From Octopus vulgaris (taxonomy: Eukaryota), in assembly GCA_951406725.2 (NCBI GenBank), contig OX597819.1, forward strand, positions 50,468,001-50,532,000: a DNA stretch of 64,000 nt, in the 5' to 3' direction. Shown in pieces: positions 40,257 through 55,038 of the stretch (positions are counted from its first letter, which is position 1; each line of letters begins with the position of its first letter). Both the position numbers and the translations under genes were made by a program. Under the pieces are notes generated by a model. That model was not told the DNA's origin. It searched no databases and was given only the letters and a program-made list of their open reading frames with translations.

Positions 40257-40650
40257 TATATGTACATATATATATATATATATATATGAATGTGTGAAAT
40301 GTATTTATGCGCGTGCGTTCATTTGTAACTGTGTAACTGCATATGGCTGGTTATAATGTGATTCGTTGAATCGTTTATATTTCTAGTAATATCATTAATG
40401 GTTTCTCCAATTAGTATTACGTAAATCCGATGATTTATTCGCCTTAATATTATCATCGTTACTTAATGTAGTAATGAAACGTTTTAATTTATTCTCTATT
40501 AAAGTGTTCAGTTAGTTTTAAGCTTGTTTATAATGATTCAACCTGCTCACAATTTTCAACTTTTATATCTAAGCTACGGGCTGCTAATGTACGTTGCATT
40601 CTATATATCTTAGTGATTAGATGCATGCACGTATAAACATATAGTATATA

Positions 40651-40696
<46 letters not shown>

Positions 40697-40787
40697 GTAT
40701 ATACATATATATGCATGGTGTTTGCATATATTTTAGTGATTATATAATTCTAATGATTAGATGCATGCACAATTAAACATGTATATA

Positions 40788-40829
<42 letters not shown>

Positions 40830-40997
40830 AATACATATATATATACACACATATATATATATATACATATATATATATACATATATATATATATATGTAT
40901 ATGCTTATAAATATATATACATGCATATTTGTATGTATATCTCTATATATATATATATATATGTATATGTACATGTATACATATGTCCATATTAATA

Positions 40998-41035
<38 letters not shown>

Positions 41036-41288
41036 GAAAATATGTATACATACGTACAGACAAGTTTATAAATATGTATATACATGTGTGTGTATATATA
41101 ATGCATATGATATATATGATTTATATACATTTATATATGTATATAAACATATATATGAGTGTATATATATATATATATTTATACGTATGAGTTTGTGTAT
41201 GTATGTATGTATATATATTCATATATGTTATGCATATCTGCAATTTTGTTTTATGTATATGTGTGTATGTGAGTGGTGTGTGTTTGCG

Positions 41289-41332
<44 letters not shown>

Positions 41333-41935
41333 CGTACGTGTGTAACTCTGTGTTCACGCTTGTGTTTGTGTTTGTTTCCGTGCATGTATGTCGCTCACAT
41401 TCCTTTATTGTACGATAATTTACATGATATTTTCCAAATTTTTCCCCACAAAAGTTCCTTCAATTTTAATATAAATGTGGATATTATATATAGATGAATT
41501 ACTTACGTTAAACCTACATAGAACCATTTAATTAATAAATACTATATTTGCTTGCTATATAAGCACTCTTGAACATAACTTTCTGATATAAACCTGTTTA
41601 TTTTCCATTTTTATTGGCAATTACGGCACACGTCAAACAAGATAAAAGCAAACACTTTGGGCAACTATGAATATATTTTGGTAAGGCAGATCTTCTATAT
41701 CTGGTTTTTGTCCCTCGCTCATTCTGTCAGTGCCTTTTTTTCTTTCTTTTTGAGTTGCTGTTGTCGGTCTTTCATTCTGTTCCATCTATTTTGTTAAGTC
41801 AGAGCAGTGGGACTATATAATTGCAACTATACATTGCAATGCACCGTCTGATATCGGCTTCTGTCCAGATTTGAAATTTTTCGGTATAATGCTGATGAAA
41901 GACTATACCTACATACATGTGTACACACACACACA

Positions 41936-41999
<64 letters not shown>

Positions 42000-42141
42000 A
42001 AGGGTGGGCTATAATGATGGACACGTTTTAAATGCCAGTATCTTAGATTATAAAAATATAAATACAGTAGGATCCCGGTTTTCGAACAACTCTGATCACA
42101 AATAAATCGTGCTTTACACACACACACACATATATATATAA

Positions 42142-42197
<56 letters not shown>

Positions 42198-42416
42198 GTG
42201 TGTAGAATAGTTTCTGGTTTTAAGGGTGACGTCAAAGACCTGCTTCGGTGGCCCAACAGTCCGAGCTCTTTTATAGGGATTGAAAAACTGGAAAACCGGT
42301 GCAGTAAGTGTGTGTATCTGAGTATTTTGAATTAAATCACAATTAACGGATCCTCCTGTATTTGCTTTTAATCAAATCCAGGAACTTTTCAGCACGCTTT
42401 CGTGCGTGTGTGTGTG

Positions 42417-42505
<89 letters not shown>

Positions 42506-42973
42506 AAATTGTATTCGGGTAAAGAATCCTTGTTAGAATGCCGCGTAAATCTCGTCCACAGTTATTGGCCACCTAATGTCATCATACAGTTGACATGCAC
42601 ATGTTACTGGATTTGCTTCAGGAATTCCATGGTGTCCGTAGAGTTTATATAAATACATGAGAGACAGGAAATGGAATTCGAGAGATTCTTTATTAAAAAA
42701 CCACTACAATTATTTCAACTTATTCTCGCACCTGTAGCTCATAGGAGAACTACTAGAATACAAAGCATACTCAGATATATATTGATATAAGACGAAGTGA
42801 AATGGAAAGTGAATAAAGCGAGGAACTTGTTTAAAAAGTCACCTGATGAGGTGCATTCAACATCTGTGGTGCTAGATGGTTCATTGCACAGCAGCTTATC
42901 TATGAACTACAGGTACGAGAATGAGTCGAAGCAAGTAAGCACATAAATACATCTTGTGGCTCTGGTTTAATTA

Positions 42974-43124
<151 letters not shown>

Positions 43125-43125
43125 A

Positions 43126-43182
<57 letters not shown>

Positions 43183-43344
43183 CGGAGTAAACACATAAAT
43201 GTGAAACAAGGTGGAAAAAAGAGTACTCAAATACCAGTGGTAAAGTAATATGCTTTATTCAAAGCAGCAGAAAATTCAATACACGCACACACACATACAC
43301 ACACACACACGCACACACACACGCACACACACATACACACAATC

Positions 43345-43860
43345 CAATCCTGACATCCTCCCTATTTTCCCCAACCCACACCTCCCTTCCTGCAAACGCA
43401 GCAATAACCTTCGCGACTTACTGGTCCAAATGTCCATCTCCTTTCCCAATCCCATCCAGCTTGGATCATTCCCTTGCACCAGAACCCGTTATCACATCCG
43501 TTCTTTTATCCCCAACACCAACTCCCTCACTTGAATCAACGAACGCACTGTACACATCCGGGACTATTTCTCTTGTATCTCTTCCAACATTTTCTGTTGC
43601 CCCAAATGCACCCTTTTCAACAATTTATATGTTGATCAATCTGATCGTCGTCTAGCCAACCGTTACTGATTATCTACGGGATATTCGCCTCCAAAAAATA
43701 ACCCCGTCGCCCGTCATTTTTGCTCTACCAACCACTCCATCGAACATCTCACTGTCTTGCATCATGGAACCACCACCACTAGACTTCGCCAAGAACAAGC
43801 TACATCTTCTCTCTTCGAACTCATACACCAACTGGAATTAACACCCAACTCCTTGTAACT
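43345..43860 (+). mobile_element. Penelope-like element remnant: linker plus GIY-YIG endonuclease (decayed)
   Basis: IFPNP..KRSNNLRDLLV..GSFPCTRTR; IRDYFSCISSNI..C..C..LYVDQSDRRLANR; NPVARHF...HSIEHLTV; RLRQEQ; RTHTPTGIN. Confidence 0.82.
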
Positions 43861-44769
43861 TCCTGTTTTTATCATTCTATTCTATTTTTACTCTTTTATT
43901 ATTTTATCTTATTCTTTAGTTTTTATTTTTTATTTTTAATTCTAATTATTTTTTAATTCAGTTTAATTTGATTTAATTTTTGATTTAATCTTAATTTTTA
44001 AATTTTTTTAACTTTTTCAATTTAAAATACTTTAAAATTTAATTTAAATTTTAAAAATTAATTCATCTCTTAAAGTTGATTTTAATTTTAATTTTTCAAA
44101 TTTTCTAAATTTCTAATTCTTAATGTTTTTAATATGTTTTCCTTTTAATTCATCTTCCACACTTTCACACAGCTAGATACATAAATTACGTCACACCCCC
44201 ACATAAGCTAGATATCCTGTCTGCTGGTGTCATGAGAAATGTTTCTATACTGTTAGAGGCAAGATTCTCCGTTAGTCCACAAGCTTTGTGTGTTTTATAA
44301 TTATTTTTAATTATAAAATCTATTTTGGCCAAAGCACTAGAACGCTTTGTACATCATAAATTAATTCAGCAACAAAACATCCTATCCTAGCATGTACGAC
44401 ATCTCTTCACCTACATCGACACATACACACACGCGCGCATACGCAAACATACATACACATACATATAGACACACACTCATACTCTCGTACTCACACACAC
44501 TCACACACGAACGCAAACGTACACACAAAAACAACACCAATGCACTCACACGCACATCATCACACTCATCAACCACCAAACTTAACTAATGCTACTAACC
44601 TGTTCGCTCAATTCCTTTACGTATGCAACACTCACATAAACACAAACATACAAGCACACAGATACTATCACACATGCAAACACAGAGAAGCTATTTTGGC
44701 ACTCTCTTGCCTTCAAAAGCCACTTTCTGTATCTTTCTCGACTTCCAGTCAATTATTTTTCAGACATGT

Positions 44770-44955
44770 AACAACACACGTTGCTTTTCTCGAACTATTC
44801 TTTTCCTTCTCTCGGGAACTTTTCGACTTACCTTTTTCTGATGAAGAACAATACTCGAAACGTCACACCCACTCTTTTTCCATCACAGACTTTGATCGTC
44901 AGCCTAATACATTCATTTTGTGCGTCCTTTTTACCTTTGTTTTACATTTGATTTG
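44770..44955 (+). mobile_element. Penelope-like terminal repeat with decayed hammerhead (44838-44864)
   Basis: CTGATGA-agaacaatactc-GAAAC-GTC; stems degraded; collinear with 47600-47815. Confidence 0.6.
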
Positions 44956-45301
44956 CCTACACACATACACACATCATTTTGCCGTTGAAGCCATTATAAT
45001 GAACAACTTTATCGAACCTGGCGCGAAATTGAGAGGGATGAACACGTCCACATCCTGTTTATGACTCCTTCGCGTGTTCCTTTGTTGTTCTTGTGTGCAA
45101 TTTTTACTCTTTCCCCTCTCTCTTTATGTATGTACGTACGTACGTATGTATGTATGTATGTATGAATGTATGTATGTATGTATGTATGTATGTATGTATG
45201 TATGTATGTATGTATGTATGTATATATATATGCATGCATAAACATGCATATCGCTAGACACTACACATTCTTTTTCTCTCTCCTTGTTTCTTTCTGTGTT
45301 C

Positions 45302-45337
45302 CTTTCTGTGGAAGAGCGTAGGCTCGAAACGTTAAAG
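45302..45337 (+). ncRNA. Minimal hammerhead-like motif with CUGUGGA core
   Basis: CTTT-CTGTGGA-a-GAGC-gtag-GCTC-GAAAC-GTT-AAAG: stems intact, position 6 is U rather than A. Confidence 0.6.
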
Positions 45338-45436
45338 ACTTTTTCGCTTCCCGAGCGTTAAACAAATACATTTGTTTGTTGTCTACATCATCTGTCTTCG
45401 TCTTTCGTTTTTTTAAAATTCTCCCTGTATATATAC

Positions 45437-45467
<31 letters not shown>

Positions 45468-45589
45468 CTATATATATATGCATACATATCTATCTATCAT
45501 CTGTCTATATATACATACATACATGTATATATATTCATATATACCTATATGCATATATGCATTTATGTATGTATGCATGCGTGTGTGAC

Positions 45590-45945
45590 AACTGAAAGAA
45601 ATAAAGGAAGAGAACTGTATTGAAAAATGCCAATAGTAACCATGTTCGTCCATCAGTGGTCAACGAAAATGGATAATTCGACCACAAAGTACTTCAAAAG
45701 GACACGCATCCATGCAGGGGATCGGAGAACCATAACTGCTTCCTCCAATACTGCAGTTTCCGTGCGCCTGAAATTAGATAAAAATTGGCCTTTTATTTTC
45801 ACAGATGTGCGGTATACACCAATAGATGTTTCAAAGCTGTTTGGCCTTGGAGGCCAGTCAATATTGCCATGAAGACTCCCCGTTCGACAAGGATGCTACG
45901 TTCGTGAGAGTTTATCTGAGAGAAGGAGCAGCGTGCGCATCATGC
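45590..45945 (-). mobile_element. Possible Tc1/mariner transposase remnant
   Basis: Minus-strand HGNIDWPPRP resembles the WPPRSPDL motif; otherwise degenerate. Confidence 0.3.
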
Positions 45946-45975
45946 ATACCTTTATGTGTGTATGCATTTCTCTCT

Positions 45976-46023
<48 letters not shown>

Positions 46024-46456
46024 ATATATGTGTGTGTGTGTGTGTCTGCGTATGCCTGTGTATATATAGATAAATGTGTATGCGTATTTGTTTACACATA
46101 TATATATATACATGATATTACATCTTATATGTGCATTTCAAAATAGAAATACACACACGATTAAGTAAATCTTCAGTACACATCTATCCATCCATCCATC
46201 CATCCATCCATCCATCCACACACATACGTACATATTTTCATACGTACATGTATACATAGGTACGTTCTTGCATATATATACGTACTTACATAAATGCAAA
46301 TATGCATACATGTATACGTATGTATAAATTATAATATATCTTATTTATATAAGAAACATATGTAGATAAATTATTACATCGTATAGATATGTTTGTGTGT
46401 GCGTGTGTATGCAAGTGTGTGTATGTGTGAGTACGTGTATGTGTGTATATATATAT

Positions 46457-46525
<69 letters not shown>

Positions 46526-47689
46526 CATACACACATACATACATATATACATATATATACACACATACACGTACTCACACACTTGCATATATATATATAT
46601 GTATATATAGGTAGATAGATAGATATATTTTGAATGTAGAGATACATATACGATTAAATAAATTTCCATACCATATGAAAAACAATCTCACATATGATAC
46701 GCCTAAAGCTAATTCGATATGAGATGCTTAAAACTTATTTACAATCGGAGTAGTATAAGCCAAATGTATAAAAATAGATTGTTGGATACACATGCATAGT
46801 TATTGTTCTTAGGTTACTCTTCTTGAAAAACGAAAATGAGATTTGAAAACTCTAAATCTCATACTAACATGGAAGAATTTACTAAACCATATGCCAAGTA
46901 GTGTTGACGTCACCGAGTAAAAAAAAGTTTGAAATTTTATCTTATTGAAAGCCTTTGATATGCTTTATTTGTTTGTGTGTAGTGTTTGTGTGTAGACATG
47001 TCTTCGAGTTGGATGTATTTATGGTTTATGTATATATTTACCAAAACTGGAGGGCAATGATATTAATCGTTAACTGATACGAGGCTGGAATTTTAGGGGA
47101 AGAAATCTGTGCTATTTGAAATCGGATCGAGTTTAAGAAGTCTGCGCTATTTGAACTCGTATTGAATATTTTCGTTTAAACAGCTTAGCGACCACTGATA
47201 TTATATTGAGAAAGAAATACTCTACGTACAAAGATCGTGACACTCTTACAGTTTCTATTTCAAGTAGTTTCTTACGCTGATAGAGCATGGAAATTGCAAC
47301 ATTTCATTCCTTGCCCTACAGTATCTTGCACAAATATCGTCACATTCTTTTTCACTATCATCAATTCTTTAAACTAAATACGTCTCTCTAAGAAGCTTTC
47401 ACGACTGTCATAACTTCAAATAACCGTAACGACTATAATAATAATAGTCTTTCTCTTTTCAACGATCATAGCATCTTGATTTGAAATGTTCATTCGTAAG
47501 ATGCAGACCCGGACAAGATTTGTATGTGTGAGTGTGTGTGTGTGTGTTTGCGTATGTGTGTGCGCCTGTGAGACACTAGTAGCTGTTAGATTACGCAAGT
47601 CCGTGGCGTGGGAAGCCCGACGACCTCGTGTGTACCGTTGGCGATTTTTTTCCTCTGTCTTCCCTTCTCGGGATCTTTCCTTCTCCCAT

Positions 47690-47724
47690 GTTTCTGACGA
47701 AGAGCTCCGCTCGAAACGTTAAAC
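47690..47724 (+). ncRNA. Minimal type I hammerhead in a Penelope-like terminal repeat (~47570-47818) ending in (TA)n
   Basis: GTTT-CTGACGA-a-GAGC-tcc-GCTC-GAAAC-GTT-AAAC; palindromic AACGTT stem III implies dimeric folding. Confidence 0.78.
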
Positions 47725-47818
47725 CCTCCTTCTTCCCTTCTTTCCTGAGCGTCCAATAATACTATATTTGTTCCACGTCCTCGCGTTGTGTTTTTTTGTG
47801 TTTTCTTGTTTGGATTAA

Positions 47819-47940
<122 letters not shown>

Positions 47941-48020
47941 GAAGTGTCTTCTACTATAACCTTGGGCCAATCAAAAACTTGTGAGTGGATTTGGTAGATG
48001 AATACTAAAAGAAGCCCGTC

Positions 48021-48067
<47 letters not shown>

Positions 48068-48364
48068 AAAAGGGTATTAGCAGGAGGATTTCGAACATTT
48101 TCCTCTAACCAAGAAGCCTTCGACGCGGCGGCCCCATACTATAATGAAGCTCTAGCTGCCAGCGGGTTTAAGGACCGCATCTCCTATATGCCGGAACCCA
48201 ACAACCGCAAAAGGAAACACCGCAGGAATACATTTTTGTGTTGCCCCCTTCCACCTTAACACTATAACGCCTGTAGGTAGAGCAATAATAAATCTCTGAG
48301 ATTTATTATTGCATCTTTCTACTTTTTCGAGACCAGTGACTTTTCGTCACTGGAGAAAGGATAT

Positions 48365-48758
48365 ACTCTTACTCTTTACTCTTTACTCTCTTTTACTTGT
48401 TTCAGTCATTTTGACTGCGGCCATGCTGGGGCACCGCCTTTAGTCGAGCAAATCGACCCCGGGACTTATTCTTTTTTGTAAGCCCAGTACTTATTCTATC
48501 GGTCTCTTTTGCCGAACCGCTAAGTGACGGGGACGTAAACACACCACCATATACAGACAAACACAGACACACACACATATATATATACATATATACGACA
48601 GGCTTCTTTCAGTTTCCGTCTACCAAATCCACTCACAAGGCATTGGTCGGCCCGGGGCTATAGCAGAAGACACTTGCCCAAGATGCCACGCAGTGGGACT
48701 GAACCCGGAACCATGTGGTTGGTTAGCAAGCTACTTACCACACAGCCACTCCTGCGCC
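48365..48758 (-). mobile_element. SINE family A, full
   Basis: Reverse complement of the family A consensus. Confidence 0.9.
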
Positions 48759-48808
48759 TATATATATTTGCATTGGGAACCGCTTCACATCGACAACCGG
48801 TGATTGTC

Positions 48809-48851
48809 ATACGCTGATGAAGGGTCAATACCCAGAAACTTGGGTCCGTGT
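48809..48851 (+). ncRNA. Minimal type I hammerhead
   Basis: ATACG-CTGATGA-a-GGGT-caat-ACCC-a-GAAAC-ttgg-GTC-CGTGT. Confidence 0.75.
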
Positions 48852-49367
48852 GTATCATGTCAGGTTGGAGATGGGAAGGATGGCTTCGCTTTGCAAATAT
48901 TGATAGGGCACAGAAAGTGTGTCAATAGCCAGCTGGAGGAGGTGTCCTCCTGGGGCTACAAGCTACAGTAGCATCCATCCTTAAGAGTTAGTCACATTTA
49001 AGTGTCAAATATACTTCACGACGCTTGTAGGTAAACTTTTCTTTAAATTAATAGACAAGAACTTCGCTAACTCCCTTAGGTACGGACCAATTTTCAACAG
49101 GTACAACGTTAGGGTTTCGTTTAGTTGTTCCCCAAATATAAAGAGCATCCTAGTTGGCCATTGGAAGGGGCAGGTTGTTCATGCAGGATCCGCACCAGTT
49201 TCCCAGTAGGAAGCCACTGCGAAACCAAAGGGGTCATCTATCAAGCCGAAGTACGTGCGAACCCTGCCAGATCTACCGGCAGAAGCAATAGCGGCAGTAG
49301 ATATGACGACAGAACCAACAACAGAGCCGCCGCCGCCACCACCACCACCACCACCACCACAACCACC

Positions 49368-49398
<31 letters not shown>

Positions 49399-50736
49399 GC
49401 AACAACAGCAACAACAACAACAACACTACAGTGGACGCTCTTAGTGACGTCAACACTAGCATCATCATCAACACCACCACCAGCTTCTCTGATGTCCACA
49501 GTAGCAAACCTGCCAACGCCCACACTGGCAGGACCGATTGTAGCAGCAGTAACAGACCTAGTACCGATACCAACTATATCGGCCAAAGCCCAACTGCAGA
49601 GGCAGTGGCTCGAGCAGAAATAGAAGTATAAGCTCGACTAATGATACCTCTGGCAGCGGTAGCGGCACCCTGCCACCGGTGAAGACCGCAATAATAATAG
49701 TAACAACTTTAAACAGAGTGTTAGCAACTACAGCGCCTCCTCCATAACTGACAACGGGGATAGCGTTACCAGTACCATTCCAACTCCACCTCCGCCAACA
49801 CCAACACCAACAGCTCCAGCAACAGCATCGTAGATGACGACAGCAACAACACTAATGGTAGCAACAACAACATCAGCGACAACATCGACAGCATTAGTAA
49901 CAACACCAACAAGTGCATTACCGGCAATACACACAGGGGCAGTAGAATTACCGCCGCAACCACCAACATCAGTAGCCCCAGCTCCAACATCATCTGCATC
50001 AACATCAACAGCATCAACAGCAGCAGCAACAACAACATCGACAGCTACAACTACAACAACAGCAGCGGCAGCAACAGTAGCAGCAACAGTAGCAACAACA
50101 ATAATAGGCACAGCGTCGACATCGCACATCCACGAAAATACATTGACTGTACTAGAAATTTGTTCAAGAAACAATTTTCCAACCATGGATCTTCCTTCAG
50201 AGTCGCTGGCCCACCACGTTTGGCAACTAAAAGACGACGGAATTCCATACTCGATCTCATAGAAAATCTTGGAAAACCTAGGCTCCTACACCAACGGGAC
50301 GAAACACTGCAAGCTATGCATAGCCGAATGCACGAGAATCCTAAAGGACTCACTCGAAACAGGGGCTATACTTAACTCCAGAACGGAGATTTTCGGGCCA
50401 TGTTTGCATTTTAAGACATTTCTGCTGGTAATTTGGGAACCGTAAGATGGCGGCACAGCCGGAAGTTGATAGTTAACGGAAGAGGGAGATAATCCCTTAT
50501 TGACTACCCTCATAACTGAATGATGATGGTACAGCTGGAAGTCGATAGCCATTAGCAAATGGGGATAACTCCCGCCTTGTTAACATCTGCCTTTCTACCG
50601 AGACTTTTCCCCTCCATATTTCAAAGAAGTCTTATGTCAACAGGTCTTGGTGTCTGACGAAACGCAATAAGCTTACATCCTTTATGAACGGGAAGCCGAG
50701 AGTAACCCCATAAAACTGGCCTTCACCAGGAATATG

Positions 50737-50807
<71 letters not shown>

Positions 50808-50870
50808 GACGGGCTTCTTTTAGTTTCCGCTTACACATATACATATACATATATATATGTGTATGTATGT

Positions 50871-50932
<62 letters not shown>

Positions 50933-51181
50933 ATGTTTATGTTTCTGTATATACACACAACCGTTTGACAGCCGGTGCTGGTTTACTTAAGTCTCCCAAA
51001 ATTATAGCGGTTCGGCAAAAAGAGTCCGATAGAATAAGTACCTAGCTTAAAAAGTGTACCGAGTTCCGTTTTTTCGACTAAATACTTCAAGGCAGTGCCC
51101 CAACATGGCTGCTGTTTATGAATGAACCAAGTAAATGATGAAAATCACATATATATATGCATGTTCTTTTATTCTGATATT

Positions 51182-51449
51182 CTTTTACTTGTTTCAGTAA
51201 TTTGACAGCGGCCATGTTGGAGCAGCGCCTTGAAGCATTTTAGTGGAACATTGGAGCACTCAACTTATCTTTTAAGGCCTAGTACTTATTCTATCGGTGT
51301 CATTTGTTGAGCCGGTAAGTTACAGGGACGTAAACACACCAACTTCGGTTGTCAAGCGGTGACGGGTAGGCACAAACATACACATATACACACAAACATA
51401 CACCCTCACCCCCACACGTTCACCCACACCCATACACATTATATATATA

Positions 51450-51498
<49 letters not shown>

Positions 51499-51649
51499 GA
51501 TGGGATTCTTTCAGTTTCCGTCTACTAAATCCACTCTCAAGGCTTTGATCGGCCCAAGAATATAGTAGAAGATACTTGCCGAGGTGGTATTGAACCCGGA
51601 TCCATATGATTCAGAAATAAGCTTTTTACCACACAGCCACGATTGCGCC
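51182..51649 (-). mobile_element. SINE family A, diverged
   Basis: Head accacacagccac..gcgcc, body tcagtttccgtctac, tail ttttacttgtttcagt. Confidence 0.8.
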
Positions 51650-51656
51650 AATATAA

Positions 51657-51663
51657 GTATATG

Positions 51664-51695
<32 letters not shown>

Positions 51696-52025
51696 TGTAT
51701 GTATGTATGTATGTATGTATGTATGTATGTATGTATGTATGTATGTATGTATGCATGTATGTATGTATGTATGCATGTATGTATGTATGTATGTATGCAT
51801 GTATGTATGTATGTATGTATGTATGTATGTATGTATGTATGTATGCATGTATGTATGTATGTATGTATGTATGTATGTATGTATGTATGTATGTATGTAT
51901 GTATGTATGTATGTATGTATGTATGTATGTATGTATGTATGTATGTATGTATGTATGTATGTATGTATGTATGTATGTATGTATGTATGTATGCATGTAT
52001 GTATGTATGTATGCATGTATGTATA
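51657..52025. repeat. (TATG)n microsatellite
   Basis: Direct inspection. Confidence 0.95.
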
Positions 52026-52036
52026 TATATATGTAT

Positions 52037-52067
<31 letters not shown>

Positions 52068-52168
52068 CATATATACACACATATATGTAAGTGTATAGAT
52101 TCATACATACATGTACATATGTATGTGTGTGCGTATATTTATATATATATATATAATATATATTTTTT

Positions 52169-52266
<98 letters not shown>

Positions 52267-52956
52267 CATTAATCTCGGACATTACGCTTACTACGGAGAC
52301 AGAATAATAGGAAACTAAGAAAGCAAATGACAAAAAGAAGACCAGCATTTTAGCCGTCGTTTGTCTCTACGTTTTCGTACGTCATTCGCCTGCTTTATTT
52401 TATATTTGCCATCACATATTCATGTCGACATAGACTGTCACTAACCTACCAATTCTATTGACTATCCTTGTTGAACGTAGATTGTACGATAAATTTCAGC
52501 CATTTTCTCCCCACTATTCTCTCCTCTTCCATTCTACTCCGTCATCATGATTTAACGTACCAACAATATTTTACTCCATAAATTTACTAAACTTTACGTG
52601 GTAAAACTATTTAGAAAGTTTTTAGAAAGAATGGCAGTTCAGACGCGATTCTTAATCAGTCGAATACTTTTAGTTAAAGTGCCTTGGCATAAAATCTTTC
52701 CTTTTGATGTATGGCGGCTGTTCTGAGCGAGCTTACTTGTCAGTTGAGAGTAGATGACATTTCAAGATGGAGGTAAAACTTCATCGTTTTGCCACATCTT
52801 TTATATAAACTTGGCCTACAACTAATGTGTTTGAACAAACGCATACACGACACGGCTCGCTCACGTAATGCCGCTTTCAAAGATATAAATTTATACGTCC
52901 ATATATAAATACACATATAGAGAAGCATGCATGCAAACACGCAAACTTGTGTATGA

Positions 52957-53050
<94 letters not shown>

Positions 53051-53133
53051 ATGTCTGTATGTCTATGTATGTATGTATATATATATATACATATATATAT
53101 ACATATATGTATGTACGTATGTATGTATGTATG

Positions 53134-53182
<49 letters not shown>

Positions 53183-53325
53183 TGTATGTAAATATGTATT
53201 TATGTATGTATGTATGTATGTATATATATATATGTCTATCTATCTATCTATATATGTACCTATCTATCAGTCTATTTATCTCTCAAGCTATGTATGTATT
53301 TATGTATGTATGCATCTATCTATCC

Positions 53326-53370
<45 letters not shown>

Positions 53371-53374
53371 ACTA

Positions 53375-53405
<31 letters not shown>

Positions 53406-53922
53406 ATCCATCTGTCCATCTATCCATCTATCTATCTATCTACATCTATCTATCAGTTATCTGGTTGTCTGTCTGTCTTTGTCACTCTCTTTTAATCTAT
53501 CTGACAATATATATCTGTGTCGCTGTCAGTGACTTTGTTCATTTCTCTAAGTACGCCTGCTAGTGTATTTATATAAACGTTTGTGCAACAACATACACAC
53601 GTATTCCATAATATACTTAAATATTCTCTCTATATTTTTATAAACGGATTCATACACATACATACATACATGTATATCTAAGTATACGCACACAAAGAGA
53701 TAAGAACACACATGTATTCACTAACTCATACACGTACTAGCAAATATACTTATATGCATGTATGTTACACGCATATAGGTGTGCACAAATTTCCTATTGA
53801 AACGTACACGTGCGAGCACATGTAGGCACCCACATCCATATGTATTTCTAAACTGACATCATTATAGCTACGCATGTAGGTGCATGCACATACACTACAC
53901 ATGAATATACATTGTTATTGTA

Positions 53923-54304
53923 GGCGCAGGAGTGGCTGTTTGGTAAGTAGCTTGCTTACCAACCACATGGTTCCGGGTTCAGTCCCACTGCGTGGTACCT
54001 TGGGCAAGTGTCTTCTACTATAGCCTCGGCCCGACCAAAGCCTTGTGAATGGATTTGGTGGACGGATATATGTATATATATATATGTATGTGTGTGTATA
54101 TGTTTGTGTGTCTGTGTTTGTCCCCCAAACATTGCTTTACAATCGATGCTGGTGTGTTTACGTCCCCGTAACTTAGTGGTTCGGCAAAAGGGTCCGACAG
54201 AATAAGTACTAGGCTTACAAAGAGTAAGTCCTGGGGTCGACTAAAGTCGGTGCTCCAGCATGGCCGCAGACAAATGACTGAAACAAGTAAAAGAGTAAAA
54301 GAGT
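53923..54304 (+). mobile_element. SINE family A, full
   Basis: Collinear with 21732-22136. Confidence 0.9.
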
Positions 54305-54382
54305 ATATGCGCATGTGTTCGTATATTCATACACGTAGCTCAACTGGTGGAACAGTTTAAGACTGATGTACATTAAAGCTTT

Positions 54383-54566
54383 GAGCTGGCAGAAGCGAGG
54401 TTAAATGCTTAGCGGAGTTTCGTCCGTCTTCACGCCGAGGCCGACTTTGCCTTTCATCCTTTCGGGATGGATAAAATAAGTACTAGCTGATCGCTGGGGT
54501 CGATGTAAATTGACGTACCTTCTTCCCCCGATATTGCTGGCCCTGTGCCAACATTTGAAACCAATA
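54383..54566 (+). mobile_element. SINE family B with an alternative tail
   Basis: gagctggcagaa..gactttgcctttcatcctttcggg..; tail ttgctggccctgtgccaacatttgaaacc. Confidence 0.75.
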
Positions 54567-54609
54567 TTGCATCCATGAAAAATTTTCAGTAATTTGACAT
54601 TATGGTATC

Positions 54610-54813
54610 TTTTATCTATTACTTGTTTCAGTCATTAGACTGCGGCCCGAAGGATTTTATTGGAATGAATTGACCCTAATACGTTTTAAAAACACCTGGT
54701 GTTTATTCTATTGGTATTTTTTGCCGAACCGCCTATTTACGGAGATATAACAAACCAGCACCGGGTGTCAAGCTATGGTGAAAGACAACCACAGTCATGA
54801 AGGCACAGACACA

Positions 54814-54885
<72 letters not shown>

Positions 54886-54969
54886 TGCATGTAGGTACAC
54901 ACAAACGCATGCAGGTACGCACAAACGCATGCAGGTGCGGACATACGCATTCAGGTACGCATACACACG

Positions 54970-55038
<69 letters not shown>

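Larger units (their letters stand above)
48068..50730 (+). mobile_element. Penelope-like element 3' portion (post-RT region, Cys linker, split GIY-YIG), interrupted at 48280-49020
   Basis: KGISRRISNISSNQEAFDAAAPYYNEALAASG; FFKLIDKNF..IFNRYNVRVSFSCSPNI; CSCR..HCETKGVIYQAEV; YIDCTRNLFKKQFSNH; LAHHVWQLK..CKLCIAE..LNSRTEIFGPCLH; ends in (TA)n. Confidence 0.85.

Noticed and set aside
42065-42110. Tigger/pogo-like end CAGTAGGATCCCG
   Set aside because: Isolated short match, no partner TIR.
42843-42900. CTGATGA followed by a hairpin (GTGCA..TGCAC)
   Set aside because: No GAAA or stem I/III partner; at most a heavily decayed hammerhead.
49834-50262. Mucin-like Thr/Ala-rich ORF as a host gene
   Set aside because: Alternative frame of the low-complexity insert within the Penelope-like element.
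50630-50672. GTCA..TGAC-GAAAC at the PLE 3' end
   Set aside because: The position fits a pLTR hammerhead, but the CTGANGA core is not recognisable.
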